Positions 32,601 to 42,468 are shown, counted from the first letter of the stretch. The stretch is 64,000 nucleotides of DNA from an uncultured Pseudomonadota bacterium (GCA_963843375.1 CAWJKT010000013.1:32610-96609), one strand, 5' to 3'. The notes: generated by a model from the letters alone, not told the origin. A program made the numbers and translations.

Positions 32601-33596
32601 AGGTGTGTGTGTTGGAGTACTGGTAGGCCCGGTCACGCAATCAGGAAACTGAACAGTGGTAGTACCTGGAGGAGCTGTCTGACCGGGAGTATATCCTCCG
32701 GTGTTGTCCACGGTTACTGTCACGGGCGCAACAGTCGATTCGTAACTATTTAACTGGAAATACAAGTCCCCAGTTGGATAAGTAGTTCCATCACCCCAAA
32801 AATCCGGAACGCTTCCTTCATATCTCGTCACATTATTGAATGGCCCGGTTGAGCTTGTGCTATATCCTACCGATTTAACGGGAAAAACAGTGTTGAGAAA
32901 CATGATAGGGTTATAAGTAGAAGATGCGCCGTTTTTCCATTCGTAAGATATATCACCTGAAGCGTTGTCAAAAGTCACGGCGGCGTAGCCCGTGAGTGGG
33001 CATTGAACAAAATGCCAAGTAACGTTTGAACCGTTGCGACTTCCTGAAGTGCCATTGTTTGTAACAGTGCCGCAACCAGAAGTCAGTTCTGTGTATGCTG
33101 TCATGGCTAAATCCAAGTGATACGAACCAACTTCACAATTAAAACTAGGACTTGAATCATTCCCGTTGATGGGACATTCATCCACTATCATTACTGTAGT
33201 TGAACAAGACCCATTGACCATAGCGGCACAAGCCCCACAAGGATACCCACCAGTAGTATCAGTCGAACTTGGATCACCATAATCGTCTCCCGAAATTGCA
33301 GCGTAATGGTTCGGGTCGTAACTACCGACGGGGTATCCACAAGCTGTCAAGCCGGTTGGTGCAGCGTAATTAGTTGGTTGGTTCATCTCATAGACGATTT
33401 GTTGATCGCTCGGACACCATTGCGGGGTAAGCATTATGGTTGGAACCGCAACGGCGTTCGAATAACCATAGGTAACAGGGGTGGATTGGGCTCGCAAAAC
33501 CGATATGTTTGTCGCCCAAATGGTGGTCGCCATAAATGCCAATGAAAAAACAAAGCGTTTCGACGAAAGATTGATAAATCTACTAAACTTTTTCAA
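29685..33596 (-). CDS. Giant exported protein: expansin-like head, CBM-like domain, Thr/Ser-Pro stalk, Ig-like domain, FlgD/T9SS-like C-terminal domain
   Basis: YAAI..CGAC..TVMIVDECP..HLDL..VTWHFVQCP; C-terminus PFPNP..WDLKDNWGNPVADGLYYI..KVLVIH. Confidence 0.85.
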   Translation of the reverse strand: MKKFSRFINLSSKRFVFSLAFMATTIWATNISVLRAQSTPVTYGYSNAVAVPTIMLTPQWCPSDQQIVYEMNQPTNYAAPTGLTACGYPVGSYDPNHYAAISGDDYGDPSSTDTTGGYPCGACAAMVNGSCSTTVMIVDECPINGNDSSPSFNCEVGSYHLDLAMTAYTELTSGCGTVTNNGTSGSRNGSNVTWHFVQCPLTGYAAVTFDNASGDISYEWKNGASSTYNPIMFLNTVFPVKSVGYSTSSTGPFNNVTRYEGSVPDFWGDGTTYPTGDLYFQLNSYESTVAPVTVTVDNTGGYTPGQTAPPGTTTVQFPDCVTGPTSTPTHTPIPGTPTSTPTRTETSTPTGTPTPISGCETLYYNGTAPTNLASGAIPYEGNATLTETAGAAYTGDTNGMNIALAAPSASYGEVEWNWADYGTAKEVNLANESTLQFEIDNTTSAASPMTIEVFLSDYNGAGTTGQTQSKAAMVTITGTGWQTVDLPVSDFTTGGSGATTFSSTDIGEIDFEWLTSTSGVTATIYVDNIGFYGTCPPTATNTGTSTASSTPTKTFTSTATNTVTNTMTMTASSTPTATRTNTSASTPTSSPTNTMTNTLTSTLTSTTTSTLTSTPTATRTNTTTATASGTYTNTPASTSTSTPTSTATSTTTATKTNSPTNTATLTASATPTNTPANTSTFTPTSTPTLTKTNTPTNTPTSTLTLTTTQTPTNTGTNSATFTITSTPTNTNVITPTYTGTPTNTPSSTNTSTPTKTTTNSPTPTITNTVVNTSTSTPTSTATLTKTNTPTNSATSTVTLTTTQTSTNTATPTISSTPTNTNLITPTYTGTPTNTTTSTKSSTPTNTTTSSPTSSLTSTATLTTTLTPTTTVTNTGTPTITSTPTNTNVITPTYTGTPTNTTTLTKTSTPTSTTTNSPTLTTTNTVTNTATATITLTPTNTNVITPTATGTPTNTTAANTSTSTATMTQTPTPSNTVTNTATSTITLTPTNTNVITPTYSSTPTNTVTLTPTGTPTFTATETITNTMANTATATLTLTVTPTEVVVQATPGTGAPSNSSQVPGASNVAVLQIQLTNPGNNAVTMTQLTLTESGAAPSGITSVSLVQGGVTIATASFSGSTAIFNFNGTIPASGGEVTYEVVANFSGSAPTGNYQFSVTGGVGNNSQPVGFSGLPVTGATVTIGNPTSTASATPNASITATPTVTSTSILTTVIGLPFPNPATGTAPISVSVNVPGPSTVNFDVFTAAFRKIVSQPPVQINGQTSLGWDLKDNWGNPVADGLYYIRIRVSGIQPTVKILKVLVIH
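30480..31990 (-). repeat. (Thr-X)n low-complexity stalk
   Basis: About 500 aa with five TPTNTN(V/L)ITPT modules. Confidence 0.9.
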
Positions 33597-33696
33597 TTCA
33601 CGCCTTTTGGGGGTATCACCCGAAAAATGAAGTCGAAAGATGTGGTTTAGAATACTTTAATTAGTTTACCATAAGGTAATTCCAGAGAGAATAATT

Positions 33697-33713
33697 GGCA
33701 ATTTCCATGCCTT
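33697..33713 (-). promoter_or_regulatory. Sigma-54 (-24/-12) promoter
   Basis: Minus strand AAGGCATGGAAATTGCC matches GG-N10-GC; near-identical to the copy at 29400. Confidence 0.7.
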
Positions 33714-33992
33714 TTCAAGCCTTTTAGTTTAATGGTAAACATGGATATTCAAGTATTATAACCGTTTTCATACCTTTAATCGTTTCCCGTTCAAACAAGA
33801 AAATGTCACAATTTCAGACAAAAGGCGTTTAGGAACTGACGAAATAACAAAAACACTCTCAAAAATCATCAAATCCATAATCGTGAAATGATGTCTATTC
33901 AGTACTCCCCCAATTCCGGAGCTTTTCATCAAACTAATAAACCGATGGAAAAAGTTACCAATTTGGTTAAGAGTTTCAAAATACTGGCAAAA

Positions 33993-34190
33993 TTATTCAC
34001 AAGCCCCATCCATCCGTGACTGATTTTTTTGAGTCCGGCTCGGTGGAATTGGGATTTGCGACATTCCTACAAAAAAATCATCTACTTCAATTCCTTTTAA
34101 AATGTCGTTATCGCAATCAATACTTCCATAAATATCCACCAAAAAAACCCAACTGTCCTCTTTAAATCCAATAGGAAGACAGGATTTCAT
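33993..34190 (-). CDS. Small hypothetical protein
   Basis: ATGA overlap with rmuC stop; no recognisable family. Confidence 0.3.
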   Translation of the reverse strand: MKSCLPIGFKEDSWVFLVDIYGSIDCDNDILKGIEVDDFFVGMSQIPIPPSRTQKNQSRMDGACE

Positions 34191-35431
34191 TCTTCTTCGC
34201 TCAATAAATCTTTTTGTTCCCCAGATGTATCACCTTCTGTAATCGGAAGGCCCTCGACATCTCTCAATTTCCTTTCAATGCTTCTTGTCTTGGTTGTTGC
34301 TTTTTCGATCGTATTACTGGCTTCCTGCAACTTCTTTTGGGTTCTTTCCAATATCTCGGTGAACAACCCGAACTCTTTTTTTACGGCACCTAAAAGGCTC
34401 CAGACCTCACTCGATCTTTTCTCTATGGCCAAAGTTCGAAATCCAATTTGCAGGCTATTTAGTATGGCTCCCAGAGTCGTAGGCCCCGTAACCACAATCC
34501 GATGTTCTCGTTGCAAAAAATCAGAAAGTCCCGGCTGGCGAAGGACTTCCGCGTAAAGGCCTTCGGTCGGAAGAAATAAAATTCCAAAATCGGTTGTATA
34601 AGGCGGATCCAAGTATTTTTCTTTGATGGTCTTAGCTTCCAACTTGATTCGATGAACAAGATTTTTCGAATGTTCCTCAACCCCCGCCACATCCCCGCTC
34701 TCAACCGATGATATAAGCCGCTGGTAGTCTTCCAATGGAAATTTAGCGTCAATAGGAAGCCAGATTTCATTCCAATCGCCGATCCCGCGTCCCGGGAGCC
34801 GGACGGCGAATTCCACCCGGTCTTCACTTCCTTTTTTGGTCACAACGTTTTGGGCAAACTGTTCAGGCGACAATAACTGGGAAAGAAGCCCTTCCAGTTG
34901 GACCTCGCCCCAATTTCCCCGGGTTTTCACATTGGTCAATACAGCTTTTAAATCGCCTACGCTAGAAGCCAAGGAGTGCATTTCACCGAGTCCTTGATGC
35001 ACCTTTTCCAGGTGTTCGCTTACTTGCCGAAAAGAATCACCCAATCTCTTTTCCAGGGTTGCCTGAAGTTTCTCATCCACTATCAATCTCATTTGATCCA
35101 GCTTTTGCCCGTTTTCCTCTTGTAGGGCCTTCAATTGTTTTTCCAAAGTTTGTCGAATGGACTCCAATTTTTGTTCGTTCACCTGGGTATTTTGCAAAAG
35201 CAGGCGGTTCAATTCTTTCCTTGCCGCTCTTTCCTGGATGCTGGAAGCTTCCCGCCCCCGACCCATTTCGTCCTTCAGGACCTTTTCAAAGCGTTCCTGT
35301 TCTTTGGACAATGTCATCAATTGATTCTCCAAGGAATCATTCGACCTGTTTGGGGATTTTTTGATGAAGAGGATTAAAATCAAAATTCCCAAGACAAATC
35401 CGACCGTAATTAAAACCCAATCCAGAATCAT
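34187..35431 (-). CDS. rmuC: DNA recombination protein RmuC
   Basis: KTRGNWGE, LPIDAKFP, TTDFGILFLPTEGLYAE, GPTTL. Confidence 0.95.
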   Translation of the reverse strand: MILDWVLITVGFVLGILILILFIKKSPNRSNDSLENQLMTLSKEQERFEKVLKDEMGRGREASSIQERAARKELNRLLLQNTQVNEQKLESIRQTLEKQLKALQEENGQKLDQMRLIVDEKLQATLEKRLGDSFRQVSEHLEKVHQGLGEMHSLASSVGDLKAVLTNVKTRGNWGEVQLEGLLSQLLSPEQFAQNVVTKKGSEDRVEFAVRLPGRGIGDWNEIWLPIDAKFPLEDYQRLISSVESGDVAGVEEHSKNLVHRIKLEAKTIKEKYLDPPYTTDFGILFLPTEGLYAEVLRQPGLSDFLQREHRIVVTGPTTLGAILNSLQIGFRTLAIEKRSSEVWSLLGAVKKEFGLFTEILERTQKKLQEASNTIEKATTKTRSIERKLRDVEGLPITEGDTSGEQKDLLSEEE

Positions 35432-35751
35432 TCGATACCCTCTTAAAGGTGGTTTAGTCCAACTTCAATCACCTTTCTTTATAGTGGTCTTTGAATTTCG
35501 GCGCAATCACTCTTCCCCAAGAATGAACTTCAAGCTGAAATGAGGGGTTTTTTCTCTTTATTCCTCTTTCATTACCCTTAAAATGCATGGGTTCATTTAA
35601 CAGGGTATTGAATAAATGACTTTACACCTGTCTGTGCCACAGGTCAGAACGAATCGAAAGAAAAGTCAATGTTTTTCCTTCGACTCGTTCGCAAGTTGCG
35701 AAAAAGTCGTTTTCGATATTTTATTTACAACCTGTTCAAGGAGTTTTATTC

Positions 35752-37573
35752 ATGGCTTTAATCGACCCATTCAAGCGTTATAAACCCTTGCCGCTTTCGC
35801 GCCATCGGCGTACCAAGCTGCCCTCATTTCGTACGGTTATCGTATTTTCTTTATTATTTATTGCTTTGGTCATGTCCAAAACATCCTTGATGAATCAATA
35901 CAATTACATCAAGGGCCTGAAATATTGGAGAACCGGGGATTTAGAGCTGGCCAAAATGGAATTCAATAAGGTTCTCACCCGTACCCCTGGCGACGCCAAG
36001 GCTGTAGATGGACTTGGGTTGATTGAAATGAAAACCGGGAATCTAGATAAGGCGAAAGAACTTTACGACCAAGCCATGAAAATGGGTTTGGGGTTTAGCA
36101 AAAAATTCAGTCATTTGAAAACCGGACAAGCTTTTATTGATGACGGTAAATACAACATTGCCGAATTGGAATTGCAGCATGCCTTGGAACTTCAACCTAA
36201 CAATCCGGACATATATGTCGCCTTGGGAACCGTCGAACGAGCCCTCGGCCAGGTCAGCAAGGGTGAAAAATATTACGAGGCCGCCCTCAATTACGACCCC
36301 AAGAATAAAAAAATGCAGGTTCTGTTGGAACAGGCCCGTGAAGAACGGGACCGGGGTTCAGTCTATTACATTTTCGACCGCAACGGCGTCCCTCTCGCCT
36401 TCCAATTGACTAAAAACGGAGAACGGGGCTACCCGATGGGAAAGGAATTTGCCCATCTAATCGGTTATGTGGACCAGCAAGCCACGAACAACCGGGGAGC
36501 GGCCGGTCTTGAAAAGGTTTATCAGCAATATTTCCCCGGCAACAAGCTTTACTTGACTATCGATAGCCGCATCCAGCGAGTCCTTTCCAAGGCTTTGGGA
36601 TGGCAAAAAGGTTCCATCGTGGTCCTTGATCCCCGCACCGGTGAAATTCTCGGCTGCGTCTCCCAGCCCACTTACACCCCTGAAAAGGTCCATGACCAAT
36701 GGTGGAATTACATCGCGAATAAGAACACCCCTTTAAAAAACCGGGCCTTTGAAACCCTCTATGAACCTGGCTCCATCATTAAAATCATCAGCTCAGCGGC
36801 TGCCGTCGAGAAAAACATCAGTCTCACATCGGTATTCCCCTTTTATTGCAAGGGATACACTTATATCGACGGTAAGATTTTCATGGATTGGGGAAAACAT
36901 AAATTCATCAAAAGCCTTGAGGAGGCTTTCGACACTTCCTGCAATATGGCTTATGCCCGACTTGGATTCGCTCTCGGGGAAGACACGCTATTTGAGTACA
37001 ACAATAGGTTCGGTTTCAACTCCGTTCCCAAAACCATCGAACTCCCTGTAACCGCCAGCACTTCCCCCAAATTGGGGTTGACCCGGTATGAATTGGCCGA
37101 AACCGCCACCGGCTTGGGCCCGGCTTTTCGCATTACCCCTCTAAACGCCGCCATGATGGTATCCGCCATCGCCAATGACGGGGTCATGATGTCCCCCTAT
37201 CTTACTGATAAGCTGACCAACATCAACGGCAAGGTTCTCCAAGAAAACAAACCAGTACTTTATAAAAACACTATCAGCCGCCAAACAGCCCAGTTCCTCA
37301 CCACGATGATGCTCAATGACGTGGAAAGGGGAATCGGGGTAAAGGCCAGAGTCAAAGGAATCAACGATTGCGGGTAAAACCGGAACTTCCGGAAGCCGAG
37401 ACCCCAATTTCCACGCCTGGTTTATCTGTTTTGCCCCCGTGGAAAACCCCAAAATCGCCATGGCGATCGTGGCCGAGAACGGCGGCACCGGAAAAGACAT
37501 CGCAGCTCCCATTGCCAAAAAAGTGTTCGAAGGCATCTTGGAGTTTCATGGATTTAACATCAACCAACGATAA
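35752..37573 (+). CDS. TPR-fused class B penicillin-binding protein (indel near 37363)
   Basis: TM anchor, TPRs, DRNG, GLEK, LTID, SIIK, SCN; corrected frame gives AGKTGT...HAWF. Confidence 0.9.
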
Positions 37574-37590
37574 AAAATAGGTGGTATCAA

Positions 37591-37803
37591 ATGATTATTT
37601 TTGAAACGATCATTTCATTCGCAATGGGAACAATTGGCGCTTACATGCTTTACCGGGGTAAAAAAACGCAAAACTCAAAAATGATGATTTGGGGCGGCGT
37701 GCTTATCGTTCTTTCTTATTTTGTGTTCTCCGGGGGCGGAAACGACGACACATCCAAAGCCGTTTTAAAAACCCTGATGCCCCAACAACAGCAGCAACCT
37801 TAG
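37591..37803 (+). CDS. Small membrane protein
   Basis: Two hydrophobic segments; AGGTGG RBS. Confidence 0.6.
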   Translation: MIIFETIISFAMGTIGAYMLYRGKKTQNSKMMIWGGVLIVLSYFVFSGGGNDDTSKAVLKTLMPQQQQQP

Positions 37804-37891
37804 AAAAACCGGGGTTTTCCGCTCGCCCCGGTCGGGGTCGCATCCGGATAAAAGAAGTTCGGTCACTTAATCGATAGTCGTTGAATTGGTC

Positions 37892-39037
37892 TCAGGGAAT
37901 TTCCAGCTTTTTAGGGTAAACCGTCAAATTCCGATGGCCCTTTTCCGTAACCACTAAAAGGTCCTCAATGCGGACAGCGCCCACACCCGGATAATAGAGT
38001 CCAGGTTCCACGGTCACCACCTCCCCTTTTTTCAAAACATGGTCCGTGGAATTCACCCGAGGGGGCTCATGGACATCCAGTCCCAATCCATGTCCTGTCC
38101 CATGGAAAAAACCCACCATTGTTCCATTCCGGCGTTCGGTCTTATAACCCCGGCTTTCCATGTCCCGCATGATCGTTTGGTGAACGTCTTTCCCATTTAT
38201 TCCGGGGGCAACCATGTCGATACCCTTTTCTTGCGCCACCTTCACAGCCTCATATTGGGCTTTCAGTGCGGACGAAGCCTTTCCCTTGACGAAGGTCCGG
38301 GTAATGTCGGCGTAATAAAAGGTGTCCCCCGACCTGGGAAAAACATCCACAATCAGGGAATGGTTGGCCCAAACGGGTCCGTTTCCTTCATTGTGGGGAT
38401 CGCAACCTTGGTTGCCGCTGGCCACAATGGTATGGCTGCCCACGCAGTTGTTTTCCATCATGGAAACATTCAATACTTTCTTCAGCAGTTCGGAAGTCAC
38501 CCATTGCCCTCGGTAGGATATTTTCTTGCCAATAATCTTGGACTTTCGCAACAAGACTTCTAACTTGTTGATGGCGGCTTCGGTATAACGAAGAGAGGCC
38601 GTGATCATCTTCACTTCTTGACTTGATTTATAAACCCGCTCTTCGAAAAAAGGGTCAGGTTTGCTCTCGACTTCAATTCCTCTTTTCCTCAAAGCATCGG
38701 CTAAACCCAAGTTGAAATTATATGGAACTTGGATTTTTTTAACCTGCTTGGATTTGAGAAAATAGGATGTGACATCCGCCACACCGGGACGTTCAGTTCC
38801 GTTTTTTCGAGCCTTCACGTGGATATCCGAGTAGGAAATCACTTCATCCACTTTGGCCTGTTTTTGGGACCGCCCCAATTCAAGATCGCTCATCAAGATA
38901 ATGCTTTTCCCCCCGATTCGAAAATAAGGAAAGGGGTCGGGGACGGAAAATTTCACGGCGTAATAAAGATTCGAGTCGTATTCGCTAGCCGCGTACATCA
39001 TTAAGGCGCTTTTGAAAGTGTTGATTTTCGATGACAT
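37892..39037 (-). CDS. Xaa-Pro aminopeptidase (M24)
   Basis: PH, D..ADITRT, HGTGHGLGLDVHE, TVEPGLY, RIED. Confidence 0.93.
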   Translation of the reverse strand: MSSKINTFKSALMMYAASEYDSNLYYAVKFSVPDPFPYFRIGGKSIILMSDLELGRSQKQAKVDEVISYSDIHVKARKNGTERPGVADVTSYFLKSKQVKKIQVPYNFNLGLADALRKRGIEVESKPDPFFEERVYKSSQEVKMITASLRYTEAAINKLEVLLRKSKIIGKKISYRGQWVTSELLKKVLNVSMMENNCVGSHTIVASGNQGCDPHNEGNGPVWANHSLIVDVFPRSGDTFYYADITRTFVKGKASSALKAQYEAVKVAQEKGIDMVAPGINGKDVHQTIMRDMESRGYKTERRNGTMVGFFHGTGHGLGLDVHEPPRVNSTDHVLKKGEVVTVEPGLYYPGVGAVRIEDLLVVTEKGHRNLTVYPKKLEIP

Positions 39038-39054
39038 TTTAAGATCCTTGGGTA

Positions 39055-39552
39055 TTAGAAGTAGTATCGCGATCCGATATCTCCATAAAGTTGAAAGTTG
39101 GAAACTCCCCCGCTGTAAAACCAAATTTCCGGAACAACTTGCACGTATATATCCACAGGAACATCCACGCGGTTGAACAAATAAGAAATTCCTACGACTC
39201 CCCTCGCCCCGACTGCCACGTTGTTTTGCAGGTCTAAATCCCCTCCCACTCCAAAATACAGTGGCATGAGTCCTTCCCTGGGATGAATAACATCGTAATC
39301 GTGCCAGAGGTAATCCAATTGCAACAGGGTTGTTCCATCCCCAATTTTTACGGCGGGCTGGAAGGCATTAGCCTTATCCATCCATATCTTCCCCACCGCT
39401 CCCCAAGCTCCCGGATCCCCCAGTTCCAGTCCCAACCCAAAATTCCCGCCCCCTAAAATGGGAGAATCTCCCGCTTGGACAAGAACCGGCATGCAAATAA
39501 AGCCGCCTAATATCAACGACCCCCAAAGAATCTTGCTTAAAAAGGACTTCAT
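39055..39552 (-). CDS. Small outer-membrane beta-barrel-like protein
   Basis: Signal peptide, amphipathic strands, terminal RYYF. Confidence 0.6.
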   Translation of the reverse strand: MKSFLSKILWGSLILGGFICMPVLVQAGDSPILGGGNFGLGLELGDPGAWGAVGKIWMDKANAFQPAVKIGDGTTLLQLDYLWHDYDVIHPREGLMPLYFGVGGDLDLQNNVAVGARGVVGISYLFNRVDVPVDIYVQVVPEIWFYSGGVSNFQLYGDIGSRYYF

Positions 39553-39576
39553 GATCGTCTCCTTATCAATAACAAT

Positions 39577-40068
39577 TTAAAGACTTTGCCGTAAAAGGCG
39601 AAGTCTTGCCCGCCGCTTCAATTCTTCCCTCAACTCACGGATTTTCCCAGTCAATTTGTCCCCCGGCATTTCAATATAGGCTTCTTGCCCCTCCAAGCTT
39701 TCGGGCGGATCAAACTTGGAAGTTTCCGTATCGACAAACAAAACTTCCGGTAGTTTCAATCCTTCTTGATAATCACCGGAGAGTTCTTTGAAATAATCCT
39801 TCTTATCCACAAATTTCCGAAATCGATAAACCAACGCTCCTAAGGGTTTTCCTCCCTCCATCACTTGGTGGACGAAGTGGACTTCCAAATCCATGTCCCG
39901 GATAGCCAGTTGGTCTTCCGGAAAGTAACTGGCGATGAAGTCGATGAGCCATTTAAAGGTTTGCTCCAAATACACCTGTTGGGAATGTTGAAAAGCCTTT
40001 AATTGCTCTTCCATTTCCTCTTCGCTCAACTCCGGCCTCTCATGATCATGCGGATGTTCTAATGGCAT
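39577..40068 (-). CDS. Hypothetical protein
   Basis: 163-aa ORF in the operon; no family recognised. Confidence 0.6.
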   Translation of the reverse strand: MPLEHPHDHERPELSEEEMEEQLKAFQHSQQVYLEQTFKWLIDFIASYFPEDQLAIRDMDLEVHFVHQVMEGGKPLGALVYRFRKFVDKKDYFKELSGDYQEGLKLPEVLFVDTETSKFDPPESLEGQEAYIEMPGDKLTGKIRELREELKRRARLRLLRQSL

Positions 40069-40149
40069 TTTAGATCCCTTTTTCCTTCAATTGCTTCAGT
40101 CTTTCCATTTAAAGGAAACGGCATTTTACTGAAAGCCCCTCTGGGATAT

Positions 40150-40716
40150 CTATCCTATTAGCTCAAATTCCTTCAAGCGGGTGTGAACAGCGCCGCCAGG
40201 AAATAGTTGGCTTTGAAAAAGCGAAAACCCCTTTACCTTCCAACCTGCGCCTAAGGCCAAACCGCTCTCCCTAAGGGCTTGAACCGCCTTTGAGCTATCT
40301 TGGCCCACCCGAACCCTTCCTAAAGTGACATGGGGGCGAAGTTCCTTGTCATCCCGACCGATTCCAAGGGGCTCCAGCCGTTTGGAAATCATTCGCGAGA
40401 GACTCACGAAAGATTCTTGCCCGTTGGTCACCGGAACGAATAAGACTTTCGGATGCTTTAAATTGGGAAACCCATCCAAGCCCTTAATCTCGGCGTCAAA
40501 GGGTTCAAAGTTTGACGCGACCTCCTTCAATCTTCCTTCAAGCGAAGATAATTTTTCACCTTCCCAATCGCCGATAAATTTCAACGTGACATGAAATTGG
40601 AGGCGGGACCCCCACTTAATTTCCGGGTATTGGGAGACCTTGCTTAAGACCAATTCCACCTGCTCTTCCACCCAACGCGATAATGACACAGCGGCGAAAA
40701 GTCTCAAGAAGGGCAT
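40150..40716 (-). CDS. thpR: RNA 2',3'-cyclic phosphodiesterase (2H family)
   Basis: RLF, HVTLKF, PHVTLGR. Confidence 0.93.
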   Translation of the reverse strand: MPFLRLFAAVSLSRWVEEQVELVLSKVSQYPEIKWGSRLQFHVTLKFIGDWEGEKLSSLEGRLKEVASNFEPFDAEIKGLDGFPNLKHPKVLFVPVTNGQESFVSLSRMISKRLEPLGIGRDDKELRPHVTLGRVRVGQDSSKAVQALRESGLALGAGWKVKGFSLFQSQLFPGGAVHTRLKEFELIG

Positions 40717-40719
40717 GCC

Positions 40720-41979
40720 TTAATCTCGAAGCGGCATCTGGAGGCAATGACGCCGTAATATTTCGAGAGCGGCTTGGCTGGTCCTTTTTTTGACGCTTTC
40801 CCGGTCGCCGGTGAACCGGAACTGGCACACTTGAGTGGATTGGTCATCGGAAATTCCGATATAAACCAGCCCGACGGGTTTTTCCACCGAACCGCCCGAA
40901 GGGCCGGCGATCCCGGTGGTGGAAAGACCTACATCGGACTTGGCGATCCGGCGGACATTGGTGGCCAAGGCTTCCGCCACCTCCCTGCTGACAGCTCCTT
41001 TTTGCTGGATCAATTCGGCATCCACTTTTAAAGCGTCATTTTTGGCTTCATTGCCATAAACCACATAACCCCGCAGAAAATAATTGGAACTTCCAGGCAC
41101 CTGGGTGATTCGGTGGGCAATCAGTCCTCCGCTGCAGGACTCCGCGGTCGCGACGGTCATTTTGCGGGTGGTCAACATTCGTCCCACGATCGTCTCCAGA
41201 TTGTCCTGATCCCAGCCATAAATGAAATTGGGCAACCGGGTGGTAAGGGTCTTACCCAGGCCCTCGATCAGGCGATCGGCTTGGGCCTCACTTTCGGCCT
41301 TCGAGGAAAGGCGGATATCCACTCCCTCCCAATGGGCCAGGACACCCACCGTTGGGTTGGTTGATTTTTCGAAAATGTCCAAAATCTTTTCGTTCAGGGC
41401 TGATTCATCGATACCCGTCGTTCGAAAAACCCGCGACTTGATGATGGTTCCCCCGGGCGAAAGGGATTTCAGGAAAGGCTTCAAGGTTTCCTCAAACATG
41501 GCCTTCATCTCCGAGGGAACCCCCGGCAAACATGCCAAATGCGACTTTCCAACTTTGATGATAAACCCGGGGGCTGTCCCGTTGTCATTGGGAATAATTG
41601 TGGCTCCTTGGGGAACAAAAGCCTGGTTCAGGTTCACCTTGGGAAAGGGCTTGCCGGGTCGGAATTTCGCGAACCTTTCCTCGATTTTCTTGGCCAAGTT
41701 GTCGTGAAAAACAAGCTGTTTTTGGGCCAAGCGCCCGATGACTTTGCGGCTCACGTCATCCACAGTCGGGCCCAAGCCGCCGGTGGTAATGACCATTTGG
41801 CTTCGTTCACAGGCTAGCTTGAGGGCCGCCTCAAGCCTTTTTTCGTTATCCCCCACCGCTTGGAACCCATACACGTCGATACCCAGTAGGGCCAGTTCGC
41901 GAGCGATCCAGGAGGAATTGGTGTCGACATTCTGGCCCAACAGCATTTCAGTGCCGATAGCCACGATTTCAGCGTTCAC
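40720..41979 (-). CDS. cinA: Competence/damage-inducible protein CinA
   Basis: GTEML.G..DTN, GGLGPT.DD, GTAPG, LPGVP, AESCSGG, TGIAGP. Confidence 0.95.
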   Translation of the reverse strand: MNAEIVAIGTEMLLGQNVDTNSSWIARELALLGIDVYGFQAVGDNEKRLEAALKLACERSQMVITTGGLGPTVDDVSRKVIGRLAQKQLVFHDNLAKKIEERFAKFRPGKPFPKVNLNQAFVPQGATIIPNDNGTAPGFIIKVGKSHLACLPGVPSEMKAMFEETLKPFLKSLSPGGTIIKSRVFRTTGIDESALNEKILDIFEKSTNPTVGVLAHWEGVDIRLSSKAESEAQADRLIEGLGKTLTTRLPNFIYGWDQDNLETIVGRMLTTRKMTVATAESCSGGLIAHRITQVPGSSNYFLRGYVVYGNEAKNDALKVDAELIQQKGAVSREVAEALATNVRRIAKSDVGLSTTGIAGPSGGSVEKPVGLVYIGISDDQSTQVCQFRFTGDRESVKKRTSQAALEILRRHCLQMPLRD

Positions 41980-41994
41980 GAGTTTCCCTTTTTC

Positions 41995-42468
41995 CTATTG
42001 AAGCAGATTGACGAGCCATATGCCGATTTGTATCCAAACCCGGGCATAGATCCCAGCAACTAGGTCATCTGTCATAATCCCCCAGCCTCCTGGCAGTTTC
42101 TCAATCTGCCGGATGGGATAGGGTTTCCAAATATCGAATAGGCGAAAAAGAATGAGTGCCATGATGACAAAAGAGATCTTATAAAAAAATCCCTTGTCTG
42201 AGGGAATGGCGATCATCGCAATCCCCATGCCCAATACCTCGTCAATGACCGCGCTGGACGGATCGACCACACCCAGATTTTTGGCGTATTGGGTGGTGGT
42301 ATAGACCCCTAAAAAATAGATTCCTACCAACAGGGCCGCCAAGTTGGCGGGATAATCGACGAGGGGATAAAAAAGTGCGGCTGTCGCGACAGAAGCCCAG
42401 GTGCCCGGAGCGACCGGCAATTTACCGATGCCTAGAAATGTCGAGATCAAAAAATAAAAATATTTCAT
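41995..42468 (-). CDS. pgpA: Phosphatidylglycerophosphatase A
   Basis: APGT, DP..VIDEVLG, FRLFDIWKP, GIMTDD. Confidence 0.93.
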   Translation of the reverse strand: MKYFYFLISTFLGIGKLPVAPGTWASVATAALFYPLVDYPANLAALLVGIYFLGVYTTTQYAKNLGVVDPSSAVIDEVLGMGIAMIAIPSDKGFFYKISFVIMALILFRLFDIWKPYPIRQIEKLPGGWGIMTDDLVAGIYARVWIQIGIWLVNLLQ

